A DNA stretch of 32,000 bases, taken from the NCBI GenBank assembly GCA_029715105.1, contig CP085695.1:90001-122000 (forward strand), read 5' to 3'. A program made the position numbers and the translations under genes. Position 1 is the first letter of the stretch; each line of letters starts with the position of its first letter. This DNA comes from Candidatus Saccharimonadota bacterium (GTDB lineage Bacteria; Pseudomonadota; Alphaproteobacteria; Rickettsiales; Anaplasmataceae). Below the pieces are notes generated by a model. It ran no database searches. It was not told the origin of the DNA and worked only from the letters and a program-made list of their open reading frames with translations. Positions 9,858-18,850 of the stretch are shown here, one piece after another.

Positions 9858-10677
9858 GTAAATAAAAAGTAAAAAGGTTAAGGGGTTTTTGATACGATAA
9901 AGTGATATGATTTTGATAAATTAGTTAGAAAGGTTGTTGTGTGATATTGTATTTTGTGGAGTGGTGGGGTTTTACATAGGAATTTGTGTGTTATATCATT
10001 TAAATTTCATGATCTTCATATGGTAATTATATATATAACTTTAAAGTCGTTGAAAATTTTATAGTGAAAATTATTTATATTTTACGGTTTACGTATTAGG
10101 TTTTGTTGATTGTAGTAAAATTAAGACTTTTTGGATTTTAATTTTTATAGATTAATTTAGTTATTGGTTATTATTTATTATATGGAGACATATAAACCGG
10201 TTTTGAAAATTTTAATTTTTAATTTTATTTAATTTAATCTTATTTTATATCTCTTCTTCCTTGTGATTAATTGGGAAATTCCTTAATTATAATAATAATA
10301 GAATAAGATAAAGTGTTATTTGTTTAGTTTTTATTTGAGCTTTCATTTTATTTTATTATTTGTAGCTTTAAGAAAATTAATATTGAAATAAGTTTTTGAT
10401 TAGATTTCTTTTAAATTTATTATTTTATTATATATTTTTAAGTCTTTTTTTAATTTTTGGATAATTTTTCTATTTTTAAGTTTTATTATTTATTTTAGGT
10501 TGTATATGTTGTGTTATGTATTACACCCCAAGTGTAGAAATTTATTATTAATAAAAGTATTAAATATTTGTGCCCTTGTAATATTTATCATTGAAGTTTA
10601 AATTAGGGGTTCTAATTTTTTAATTTAAAGATCAAATTTATTAAAAATTTTATTTTGTGTATTATATAAATATGTAT

Positions 10678-11955
10678 TTATCTTCTAAGCAGTGATGAAA
10701 GTACAATTATTACAAAAAGCATTCCACCAATGAGCGATGTGGTTCCACCAATGATAAAGCAAATACGTGACAATATTGACGAAATGTTTGGTAAAGCCGC
10801 AACTTTCCTTAAAGTTCCGTATCCACCTAACCAGGCAAGACTAGTAATATGAAGAAAATGTCCTAGGCTATACAAATATATCTGTAATTTTATTACAGAA
10901 TTTTGTATTGTTTTACAGCCTAATTTTGGTAGAAGCCAGTAAATAAAATTCATGAAGGCTATAGTAATACCAACTATACAACCGTGGTAATGCGCAGGAA
11001 TAATAATATTTCCCTCAATAGTTAGTGTTCCTAGTATACAACCGTAAGTAAATAGTATAAATGAATGTAATAAATAGTTTTCTTTACTAAGAATGGTTTT
11101 TATGTTAAAGCATACTAATATTATTAGTATGCATATGAAAATTGCTCCAGCAATTTTCATATGCCAAACAAAAAATTCCATCAGTTTAATGCTATCTATT
11201 GGATAGATAAGGTATATGAGTGGTCCGGTTATAGATAAGATTACATTAGTAAACAGTAGTAAAATAACAGTTTTTTTATTTAAAACCAAATTGATATTTG
11301 AATCTAATATTATTAGATAGACTAGAAACATCCCTTGAACAAAAACGAATTGCAGTAAATGCCCTCCCCCCCAAAAAAGGTATTCATAAAATGAATTTTT
11401 ATTTGAATAATATAAATCAGGAGGCATATTTCTATAGGCTAGAATAAAACAAAGCAATGATGATATAAATGTAATGATAAGTCCAGTTTGTCCAATAGAG
11501 AAATAAGAAACATGTTTATTTGAAATATAGCTGAGAATTATATTTATGAATGTACTAATAATAAATAAGCCTAGTCCAAATAAAAATAATTTGTTTTGTG
11601 ATATAGGTATATAGTTGCTCTTTATTATTTCGGTATCTGAGAAAAATGCAGATACAAATATTAGAAATGCAGAAAAAATTGAGAGAATTAATAAAAAATT
11701 AAACCAGTTATTGGTGTTTTGTAGATTTATGATAAAAAGTAAAGATATTACGGAGCACATCCATACTAAAATTGATAAATTTACATGTATTACTAGTGCA
11801 TTATCAAAAATATTCTGAGAAGAAAGAATAAGAGATGATATAAATGGTAGTCGCAGAAAAATAACGATTATTGATAGCAACCCAGAACAAGCAATAGCGC
11901 ATGTTGCCAAATATATCCATTGTCTGCAGATTACAACATTATTTGTTTTTAACAA
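10678..11955 (-). CDS. Heme-copper oxidase subunit I-like (CcoN/NorB/COX1-like) polytopic membrane protein, divergent and orphan
   Basis: The 425-aa product has about 12 hydrophobic segments. His-containing motifs occur in the order expected for HCO subunit I: ALVIHVNLSILVW (helix II-like), LFWGGGHLLQF (compare W..GHP/GHN), FFVWHMKIAG (compare HH) and IIIPAHYHGCIVG (compare H.H of helix X). TTG start with an AGGGG SD 6 nt upstream; there is no in-frame ATG until about residue 66. Confidence 0.5.
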   Translation of the reverse strand: MLKTNNVVICRQWIYLATCAIACSGLLSIIVIFLRLPFISSLILSSQNIFDNALVIHVNLSILVWMCSVISLLFIINLQNTNNWFNFLLILSIFSAFLIFVSAFFSDTEIIKSNYIPISQNKLFLFGLGLFIISTFINIILSYISNKHVSYFSIGQTGLIITFISSLLCFILAYRNMPPDLYYSNKNSFYEYLFWGGGHLLQFVFVQGMFLVYLIILDSNINLVLNKKTVILLLFTNVILSITGPLIYLIYPIDSIKLMEFFVWHMKIAGAIFICILIILVCFNIKTILSKENYLLHSFILFTYGCILGTLTIEGNIIIPAHYHGCIVGITIAFMNFIYWLLPKLGCKTIQNSVIKLQIYLYSLGHFLHITSLAWLGGYGTLRKVAALPNISSILSRICFIIGGTTSLIGGMLFVIIVLSSLLRR

Positions 11956-12705
11956 AAGTTACCCCTACTTTTTATAAAAATTATAAATAATTTACTTTAG
12001 TTAATTTTCATGTAGAATTGTACATTTATATGTGAATAGTGGCAACAATATAGCAACAAGATTTGTTTATTGTTATAAGAAAAGAGCTCATTTATATGGG
12101 TTGTTGTGAATAATTAACATCTGATTTCACTAAAATTGATTTAGTATTTAGCTGGATATTGCTAAATTAAATATTTATTTTGTTGTCAACAGGTATTGTG
12201 TAAATTACAGTCGATTTATGAATTATGAATGTTTATTAATTTAGTATGAGTAATCTTTATAATAATAATAATATATTAGCGGTGAATTAGATTCATAATT
12301 TTGTTGCGGTATTTCGAGAAAATATTAGGTATAATTAAATGGTTGTCTGTTATTCTATAAGAAGTAAAGATTAGGAAATTTAATTTAAGAAAATTAATAA
12401 AAGTAAAAATTTGATAGAAAAACTTACATTTCATATTATGAAAATATATTTTAGTAAAAATTTGATAAATAATATTATTAGGATACAGAGATATAAATAA
12501 TTATAAATTTTTTTTATTAAAATAATAAAATCTTTAGAATGTTAGACTGTGATTTTATCAGTTAATGAATATTAAAGTTGTAAATTGATTTTCTTTTTTT
12601 TTAGGAAAGCATTTTACTTCATAAATAGGACTTTTTATTAATTGTAAATTAATTACAGAAAATTTAATGCTCGCAGTTGTAAAATTATTAAAATGTGAGG
12701 GGGCG

Positions 12706-12719
12706 GCTTTATATAAAGC
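12706..12719. repeat. 14-bp perfect palindrome GCTTTATATAAAGC 12 nt 3' of the purF stop (possible small terminator hairpin)
   Basis: The sequence is self-complementary and preceded on the + strand by GGGGGCGG. On the purF transcript it would form a 5-bp stem with a 4-nt loop, followed by CGCCCCCTCACATTTTAATAATTTT. Confidence 0.3.
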
Positions 12720-12731
12720 AATATAGTTTTG

Positions 12732-14123
12732 TTAACTGATTGGATAGTCACCAGTAAAGCAAGCATCACAATATTGTGGTGTTATATTGTTTCGTTTTTC
12801 TTTTTTAATAGCTTGATATAATCCGTTAATACTTAGAAAGGATAAACTGTTTATTCCCATATTTATTTCTATCTCTCTTATTGATTGATTTGCAGAAATT
12901 AAATCTTTGCATTCTGGTGTATCGATTCCATAAAAACAAGAATATTTAATTGGTGGACTTGAAATTTTTAAGTGGATTTCTTTTACTTCTGCATCTTTTA
13001 ACATAGTTATTATACTTCTGAGTGTGTTACCGCGTACTATACTGTCATCTATTAAAATAATGTTTTTTTTATTTAAAATATGTTTATTAGCGTTAAATTT
13101 TAATCTTATTTTTATTTTACGTATTTCATTAATTGGTTGTATAAAAGTTCTTCCTATGTAATGATTACGAATTATTCCTAGTTCCATTGGCAATCCTGAA
13201 TGTTTTGCATATCCAATAGCTGTAGGTATTCCGGAATCTGGTATTGGTACAATCATATCTATATTATTTTTTGGCGGACTTTCTTCTGCGAGAATTTTTC
13301 CTATTTCTTTTCTCATGTTATATATAGATTTACCTTCCATTATACTATCTGGTCTTGAAAAATAGATATATTCAAAAATACAAAAGCTAGATTTTTGTTG
13401 CGTAAATGGAAATGCAGAAGTTAAATGACCACTACGATCAATAATGATTAGCTCACCTGGTTTTATTTCTCTAATAAATTTGGTATTAAGAATATCAAAA
13501 GCGCAAGTTTCAGATGCAAGTACATAAGAATTATTTAATTGTCCTAAAACAAGTGGTCTGATTCCAGCGGGGTCTCGGACTCCGATAACCATTTCTTGAT
13601 TAATTGCAACAAAAGAGTAAGCGCCTTGTATTTGCTTTAGTGAATATATAAAACTTTCTATAAAATGATCTTTTATAGTAGTTTCCATTAAGCGCACTAC
13701 TACTTCTGTATCAATATCTGATTGAAAAATACATCCTTGTTTGATTAGTTGTTCACGTATTTGAGGAATATTGATTAAATTGCCATTATGGGCTATAGCA
13801 AAGTCCCAAAACTTTTTACCCTTACCAAGCATAGGCTGCGTTCCGACTTTATTACCGCTTGTTGAGTATCGGACATGACCTATTGCATGATTTCCTGGCA
13901 AAGATTTTTTTATTGAATCTATATTGTCAAATGTATCATTCACCTGACCCTTAAAGTAATAAGAATATAATTTATTGTTGTGGCTTGTTACAATACCAAA
14001 AGATTCTTGACCTCTATGCTGTAAAGCATGGAGGCCTAATATTGAATCGAAAACAGCGTTTTTATTGTAGCTTATACCAAATATCCCGCATTCTTCGCGC
14101 ACTTCATCAAGCATAAAAATCAT
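12732..14123 (-). CDS. purF: Amidophosphoribosyltransferase (glutamine PRPP amidotransferase), Fe-S/propeptide type
   Basis: The nucleophile Cys sits in ECGIFGI after a short propeptide (M(IF)MLDEVREE, as in B. subtilis PurF). Also present are HNGNLIN, the PRTase loop IILIDDSIVRGNT, and cluster-ligand-like CIFEYIYFSRPDS and CDACFTGDYP. The start is 14123 or 14114. Confidence 0.92.
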   Translation of the reverse strand: MIFMLDEVREECGIFGISYNKNAVFDSILGLHALQHRGQESFGIVTSHNNKLYSYYFKGQVNDTFDNIDSIKKSLPGNHAIGHVRYSTSGNKVGTQPMLGKGKKFWDFAIAHNGNLINIPQIREQLIKQGCIFQSDIDTEVVVRLMETTIKDHFIESFIYSLKQIQGAYSFVAINQEMVIGVRDPAGIRPLVLGQLNNSYVLASETCAFDILNTKFIREIKPGELIIIDRSGHLTSAFPFTQQKSSFCIFEYIYFSRPDSIMEGKSIYNMRKEIGKILAEESPPKNNIDMIVPIPDSGIPTAIGYAKHSGLPMELGIIRNHYIGRTFIQPINEIRKIKIRLKFNANKHILNKKNIILIDDSIVRGNTLRSIITMLKDAEVKEIHLKISSPPIKYSCFYGIDTPECKDLISANQSIREIEINMGINSLSFLSINGLYQAIKKEKRNNITPQYCDACFTGDYPIS

Positions 14124-14172
14124 TCAGCAAAGTTCTAATTTTACTTTAGCATATGAACAAAGTACAAGTATT

Positions 14173-14958
14173 TTAATTTAATAAGAAAGAGATTATGTCT
14201 AGAAGTTTTATGTTTTTATTAATTTTTAACTTTAAAGCTATAGTCTTAACAAAATAAATTATCTTATTATGCAAGTTTAAGTTTTTTATTTTAATATTTC
14301 TTGTAAAAAATATTAAAAATATTAATAGTAAATATTTCTTTTGTATTTCTATATGAAATCCTTCAAGAGTTGAATATACACCAATAAATAAAATAAATAT
14401 GATTATAATCATTTTTAATTCGGAGTTAGATTCAATTAATTTAGTAATATAGTTTAATAGAAATATCATTATTAATATAGAAAATGTGTATGCTATGGTG
14501 ATTATTATAATATTATGAGTTAGTATTATAGCTGTTAATAAAGAATCAATAGAAAAAATTGAGTCTATTAATAATATTTGCGATATAATTGAGAATAATT
14601 GTAGTTTGATATCTATTTTTTTTTCTATTTGTCTATATAAAATAATGTTGTTTTGTAATTCTATAGAACTTTTGATAATGAGAAATAATCCTCCTACTAT
14701 CATAAATAAGTCTTTTGTTGAGATATCAAGTAGTGTGATATGGAGTATAGGTTTTTGTATTGATGTTAATATATATGATATCATCAATATCACTATGAAG
14801 CGTGTTAACAACATTAGTCCTATACTTATAAAGTACAATTTTTTTTTAATTGTGATTGGTGCATTATTTATTAATAAAGAGATAAAGATTAGATTGTCTA
14901 TATTAAATATAATTTCAAATAATATGAGTGTTAGTAAAGTCCAAATTTCAGTTAACAT
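14173..14958 (-). CDS. TerC-family integral membrane protein
   Basis: The N-terminus LILFEIIFNIDNLIFISLLINNAP matches the TerC pattern (E.vLs.DN.ifia). A second SIDSLLTAI repeat-half motif is present, and the protein is multi-pass hydrophobic. It ends 49 nt upstream of purF on the same strand. Confidence 0.7.
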   Translation of the reverse strand: MLTEIWTLLTLILFEIIFNIDNLIFISLLINNAPITIKKKLYFISIGLMLLTRFIVILMISYILTSIQKPILHITLLDISTKDLFMIVGGLFLIIKSSIELQNNIILYRQIEKKIDIKLQLFSIISQILLIDSIFSIDSLLTAIILTHNIIIITIAYTFSILIMIFLLNYITKLIESNSELKMIIIIFILFIGVYSTLEGFHIEIQKKYLLLIFLIFFTRNIKIKNLNLHNKIIYFVKTIALKLKINKNIKLLDIISFLLN

Positions 14959-15527
14959 ATTTTATGTATTTTAGTTTTTTTGTTTTGGTTTTTAATTATA
15001 TATACGAAAACAAGTGGGATTTTAGTAATAATTTTGAATCAGGTAAAGGGTTTTATATATATATCATTAAGTAAACATTTCAATTAATAAGGGTATAGTT
15101 TTTCTATTTACCATTTTAAATGGTGTTAGTTTTAATTTTAGCAGAGCTTTTATATTATTTTAATAATGAAAGTAGCACCCCTTATATACTCAAAGTTTTG
15201 TTTTTTAAAAGATTAGCTATTAAAACAACTTTAAAGGTTTTATTTTTTCTATGTGATATAAAATACTCAGCTGTATTAGATTTAATTTAAAGTAATTTTA
15301 AACCTTATTCTCCCTTAGAGAAGATTACTTATCACTCTGTTTAGATGTGAATCACGAGACTATTTGTATAATTCAACACGGAATTTTGATAATGTAAATG
15401 CTTTCTCTTTGTAAAAAGTTTTTATAGTTATAAAAACTATTACAAAATTATAAATGAAAAGTACAACATGTTTTGATCTGATAAGTTTTTAAAAATTCAT
15501 TATCGAGCATCTGATTTAATCATTACA

Positions 15528-15554
15528 AATTTCGAATTGTGAGGATTCGAAATT
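15528..15554 (-). terminator. Hairpin downstream of the glutaredoxin gene (AATTTCGAAT-7 nt loop-ATTCGAAATT)
   Basis: A perfect 10-bp stem lies 49 nt past the stop codon. On the minus-strand transcript it is followed by UGUAAUGAUUAAAUC, which is only moderately U-rich. Confidence 0.35.
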
Positions 15555-15603
15555 CATAATACATAAAACAAGAAGATATATTTAAAAGAAGAAAATGGGA
15601 GAG

Positions 15604-15987
15604 CTACATAAAGTCATCATGTGACATCATATGTTCTTCGTATTCATTACTATCGTTTTGATAAGTTGTTGTTACATCAGTTTTGTCATAATTACTGTCT
15701 AGCATAGCGTCTAATATAATATCCAACTTTCCTTCCCTTTCAAGATCTATTAGTTTATCACATCCTCCAATATGATATATATAATCACCATTATCATCGA
15801 CAATAAAAATTTGCGGGACTGTTTTAACATTGTATTTTAATTTGATTTCATCAAATAAATCTGGTTTTTCGAGTATATCGATTTCTTCGTATTTTGTATC
15901 TCTTTTATCTAGTAATTCTTTTGCCTTTTTGCAAAACGGACAGTGTTGCTTTACATATATTACAATTTTTTCTTTAGTACTTTTCAC
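15604..15987 (-). CDS. Glutaredoxin (CPFC class) with acidic C-terminal extension
   Basis: Motifs VIYVKQHCPFCKKAKELL, TVPQIFI and GGCDKLIDLEREGKL are present. GTG start with a GAGG SD 6 nt upstream. About 40 extra C-terminal residues follow (DSNYDKTDVTTTYQNDSNEYEEHMMSHDDFM). Confidence 0.85.
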   Translation of the reverse strand: MKSTKEKIVIYVKQHCPFCKKAKELLDKRDTKYEEIDILEKPDLFDEIKLKYNVKTVPQIFIVDDNGDYIYHIGGCDKLIDLEREGKLDIILDAMLDSNYDKTDVTTTYQNDSNEYEEHMMSHDDFM

Positions 15988-16011
15988 AATTTACCTCTGT
16001 AACTTTAAAAT

Positions 16012-16989
16012 ATGGCTATTATATATAAAACATATAAAGATATCAATTGTATGAAAATTATTTATGATCATTTTGATCACAAATATAAAATAAATAGTGG
16101 TGTAGTATTAACTTTTGGAAATTTTGACGGTTTACACTTAGGACATGAACTTATAATTTCTACTGTTAAGAGTATAGCTGTAAAAAGGAAGTTACCTTCT
16201 GTAATTTTAACTTTTGAACCTCATCCATTAGTTTTATTCGGTAAAAATAATTTTAAATTGATAAATCAAAAACAAAAAAGAGAGTTGATTAGTAGTTGTG
16301 GAGTAGATTATTTATATATTATTGATTTTAATGAGAGTTTTTCTAAGATTAACTGTAGTGATTTTATTACTAAGATTTTAATAGATAGATGTAATACTAA
16401 ACATATAGTTGTTGGGAAAAGTTGTACTTTTGGTTATAACCGTTTTGGTAATGTTTTGACTCTAAGGGAATATTGTAAAACTGGATATTCTTTAACTGAG
16501 TTGGAACCGTTAATAATTGAAGGAAAAATTTGTTCTTCTTCTTTAATTAGAAAATATTTACAAGAAGGTAAAACGGAGATTGCTAATAAATTACTTGGTA
16601 AGCCTTATCAGGTTTCTGGTATTGTGACAAAGGGTGCATGTAGGGGTAGAGAGATAGGATTTCCGACTATAAATATTCCGATAGAAGATTATATGATAAA
16701 ACCTAAGTTTGGTACTTATTATGCTAAAGCAGCATTTTTTGATATTAATTTAAATTGCTTGTATGATGGAGTAGCTAACATTGGCATTAGACCTACACTT
16801 AAAGATTTGAAAAAACCTATAGTAGAAATGCATATATTTGATTTTAGTGAAGACGTATACGGCTATAAAGCTGATGTACAACTTTTAAAGTTTATTAGAT
16901 CGGAAAAAAGATTTCATAGTATTGATGAATTAACGAAGCAAATTAACTGTGATGTAATTAAAGCTTATCAGTTAAGGACAAATTTATGA
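16012..16989 (+). CDS. ribF: Bifunctional riboflavin kinase / FMN adenylyltransferase
   Basis: The adenylyltransferase motif VLTFGNFDGLHLGH is present, and the C-terminal kinase part has GFPTINI and VEMHIFDFSEDVYG. An alternative start at 16051 (MKIIYDHF) is equally plausible. Confidence 0.88.
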   Translation: MAIIYKTYKDINCMKIIYDHFDHKYKINSGVVLTFGNFDGLHLGHELIISTVKSIAVKRKLPSVILTFEPHPLVLFGKNNFKLINQKQKRELISSCGVDYLYIIDFNESFSKINCSDFITKILIDRCNTKHIVVGKSCTFGYNRFGNVLTLREYCKTGYSLTELEPLIIEGKICSSSLIRKYLQEGKTEIANKLLGKPYQVSGIVTKGACRGREIGFPTINIPIEDYMIKPKFGTYYAKAAFFDINLNCLYDGVANIGIRPTLKDLKKPIVEMHIFDFSEDVYGYKADVQLLKFIRSEKRFHSIDELTKQINCDVIKAYQLRTNL

Positions 16990-17456
16990 AAAAATTATGT
17001 TTAATTATTATACTAATTATAGTATTGACTGATCAGATGAGTAAATTGTACATAGGTTCATTGATTAACGGAAGAGAGTCAATTGAAGTTGTTAGGTTTA
17101 TAAAGTTAATTGGAGTATGGAATACTGGGGTTAGTTTTGGAATGTTTAGTACCTTACCACACGGTGATATTTTGTTTTCAACACTTTCAATGTTAGTAAT
17201 TAGTATACTTATATATTTGATATATAAATCAAGTGACAAATTGACTTGTTTTGGTTTTTCCTTAATGCTTGGTGGGGCAATCGGTAATATAATTGATAGA
17301 ATTTATTGGGGTGCTGTATATGATTTTATATGTTTTTATATTGGTAGCTGGTATTGGCCAACTTTTAATTTAGCGGATGTGTATATAGTTTGTGGGATGT
17401 TTGTGTTATTATGTAGATGGTATATCTATGATAGATTTATTCTTAATTCTAGATAA
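16986..17456 (+). CDS. lspA: Lipoprotein signal peptidase (signal peptidase II)
   Basis: The 156-aa product has 4 hydrophobic segments and the motifs WNTGVSFGMF, GGAIGNIIDR, VYDFI and FNLADV. There is an ATGA overlap with ribF. Confidence 0.9.
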   Translation: MKKLCLIIILIIVLTDQMSKLYIGSLINGRESIEVVRFIKLIGVWNTGVSFGMFSTLPHGDILFSTLSMLVISILIYLIYKSSDKLTCFGFSLMLGGAIGNIIDRIYWGAVYDFICFYIGSWYWPTFNLADVYIVCGMFVLLCRWYIYDRFILNSR

Positions 17457-17506
17457 AATAATGAGTAAAAAATTTTTTTGAACTTATGAGTTGATTAGCA
17501 GAAGAA

Positions 17507-18850
17507 ATGGCACTTTGTAAATTTTTCAGATTTTTTGTGTTGTTTTTACTATTTTTTCACCCTAATTTTTTAGGAATTGCACATAATGTAAGGTACGGTG
17601 TTAAGTATACTAAACTTGGCAATGGGTTGGATGTTTATGTTGTACCTTACAGTAATCAAGTATCAGCTGTTTTTCATGCTATGATATATAGAGTTGGTGG
17701 AATGGATGACCCGATAGGTAAAACAGGATTAGCTCATTATCTTGAGCGCTTAGTATTTGAAATTTCAGAGAAATTTAAAAATATAGAATCCATTATGAAT
17801 AATATTGGAGCAAGATTTAATGCATTTACTACTAGAGAATATACTTGTTATTACGAGTTAGTATCAAAAGAGGATTTACCATTAGTAATGGAAATTGAAG
17901 CGGATAGAATGAAAAGTTTGAATGTTTATCAAGGCAAAATAGATAAAGAGAAAAGTATAATATTAGAAGAGAGAAGGATGATGATTGATAATAATCCCAA
18001 TAATTTATTGTTAGAAGAAATGAATAGTGTATTTTATCGTGCTGGTTATGGTAGACCTATTATTGGTTGGGAGGATGACATTAAAACTTATAATATTGAT
18101 GATATAATAAAGTTTTATAATGATTATTATAATCCAGGAAATTCAATATTGCTAGTTATTGGTGATGTTGATTTTAACGAGATAGCAAAGTTAGCATCAG
18201 AAAAATATGGGAAAATTAAATTTACACCACCTAAAATTAGGTATTATCCAAATCATGATTTAGCATATAATGCGAGTTTATTATTAACTTTAGAGAGTTC
18301 TAAAGTGAAGGAACCAGTTTTATATTTTCGTTATCGTGTTCCTTTATTTAAGAATATAGATGAAATTTATGCTGTTAATTTAGCAGTTGAGGTATTGGGA
18401 GTTGGTAAATTTAGTAGATTATATAAGAGTTTGATTTTAGATAAAAATATTGCAGCATCAGTATTTGCTTATTATAATAATTTAACTTTTAGTGATGGTT
18501 ACGTTGATATTGAGGTAATTCCAAAAATTGGGGTAGAATTAAGTGTTATTGAAAGAGAGTTAGATGGTGTTATTAGTAATTTTCTTTTAAGAGGAGTGAC
18601 AGATAATGAGCTACAAAATGCAAAATCTAGATATAAAGAAGTACAACTTGGTAAGTTGTCTGATTTAACAAGTATAGCAATGTTTTATATACCACGTTTG
18701 GCACTTGGTATGCAGCTTGATGAAATAGATATTTTATGTAGCAAAATTGATTTTATTGATTTAAAAGAAGTAAATAATAAAATTCGTGTTGTTTTTTCTA
18801 CTACTAAATTAGTTGGTCGATTACTCTCTAAAAGAGAGTATGGAGAATAG
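17507..18850 (+). CDS. M16-family peptidase homologue with degenerate zinc motif (HxxER) and N-terminal signal-like sequence
   Basis: M16 architecture is clear (GGMDDPIGKTGLAHYLERLVFE...NAFTTREYTCYY...ILEERR). The second zinc His is replaced by Arg. The N-terminus MALCKFFRFFVLFLLFFHPNFLGIA looks like a secretion signal. Confidence 0.8.
   Translation: MALCKFFRFFVLFLLFFHPNFLGIAHNVRYGVKYTKLGNGLDVYVVPYSNQVSAVFHAMIYRVGGMDDPIGKTGLAHYLERLVFEISEKFKNIESIMNNIGARFNAFTTREYTCYYELVSKEDLPLVMEIEADRMKSLNVYQGKIDKEKSIILEERRMMIDNNPNNLLLEEMNSVFYRAGYGRPIIGWEDDIKTYNIDDIIKFYNDYYNPGNSILLVIGDVDFNEIAKLASEKYGKIKFTPPKIRYYPNHDLAYNASLLLTLESSKVKEPVLYFRYRVPLFKNIDEIYAVNLAVEVLGVGKFSRLYKSLILDKNIAASVFAYYNNLTFSDGYVDIEVIPKIGVELSVIERELDGVISNFLLRGVTDNELQNAKSRYKEVQLGKLSDLTSIAMFYIPRLALGMQLDEIDILCSKIDFIDLKEVNNKIRVVFSTTKLVGRLLSKREYGE

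Noticed and set aside
11615-11818. 67-aa plus-strand ORF inside the oxidase-like gene
   Set aside because: It is antisense to a 425-aa membrane protein ORF and shows no motif or RBS support.
14606-14974. 122-aa plus-strand ORF overlapping the TerC-family gene
   Set aside because: It is antisense to a gene with a clear TerC N-terminal motif, and its Ile/Asn-rich composition is typical of shadow ORFs.
14959-15300. Possible yybP-ykoY (Mn2+) riboswitch upstream of the TerC-family gene
   Set aside because: TerC/Alx genes often carry this leader. On the minus strand there is an AAGGGGTGCTAC stretch (around 15170-15185). I could not recognise the other conserved elements or a consistent four-way-junction pairing, so a covariance-model scan is needed before any claim.
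15830-16054. 74-aa plus-strand ORF overlapping the glutaredoxin gene and the ribF start
   Set aside because: It is a shadow ORF opposite a CDS with an intact CPFC glutaredoxin motif.
17033-17239. 68-aa minus-strand ORF inside lspA
   Set aside because: It is antisense to lspA, which carries all signal peptidase II motifs.
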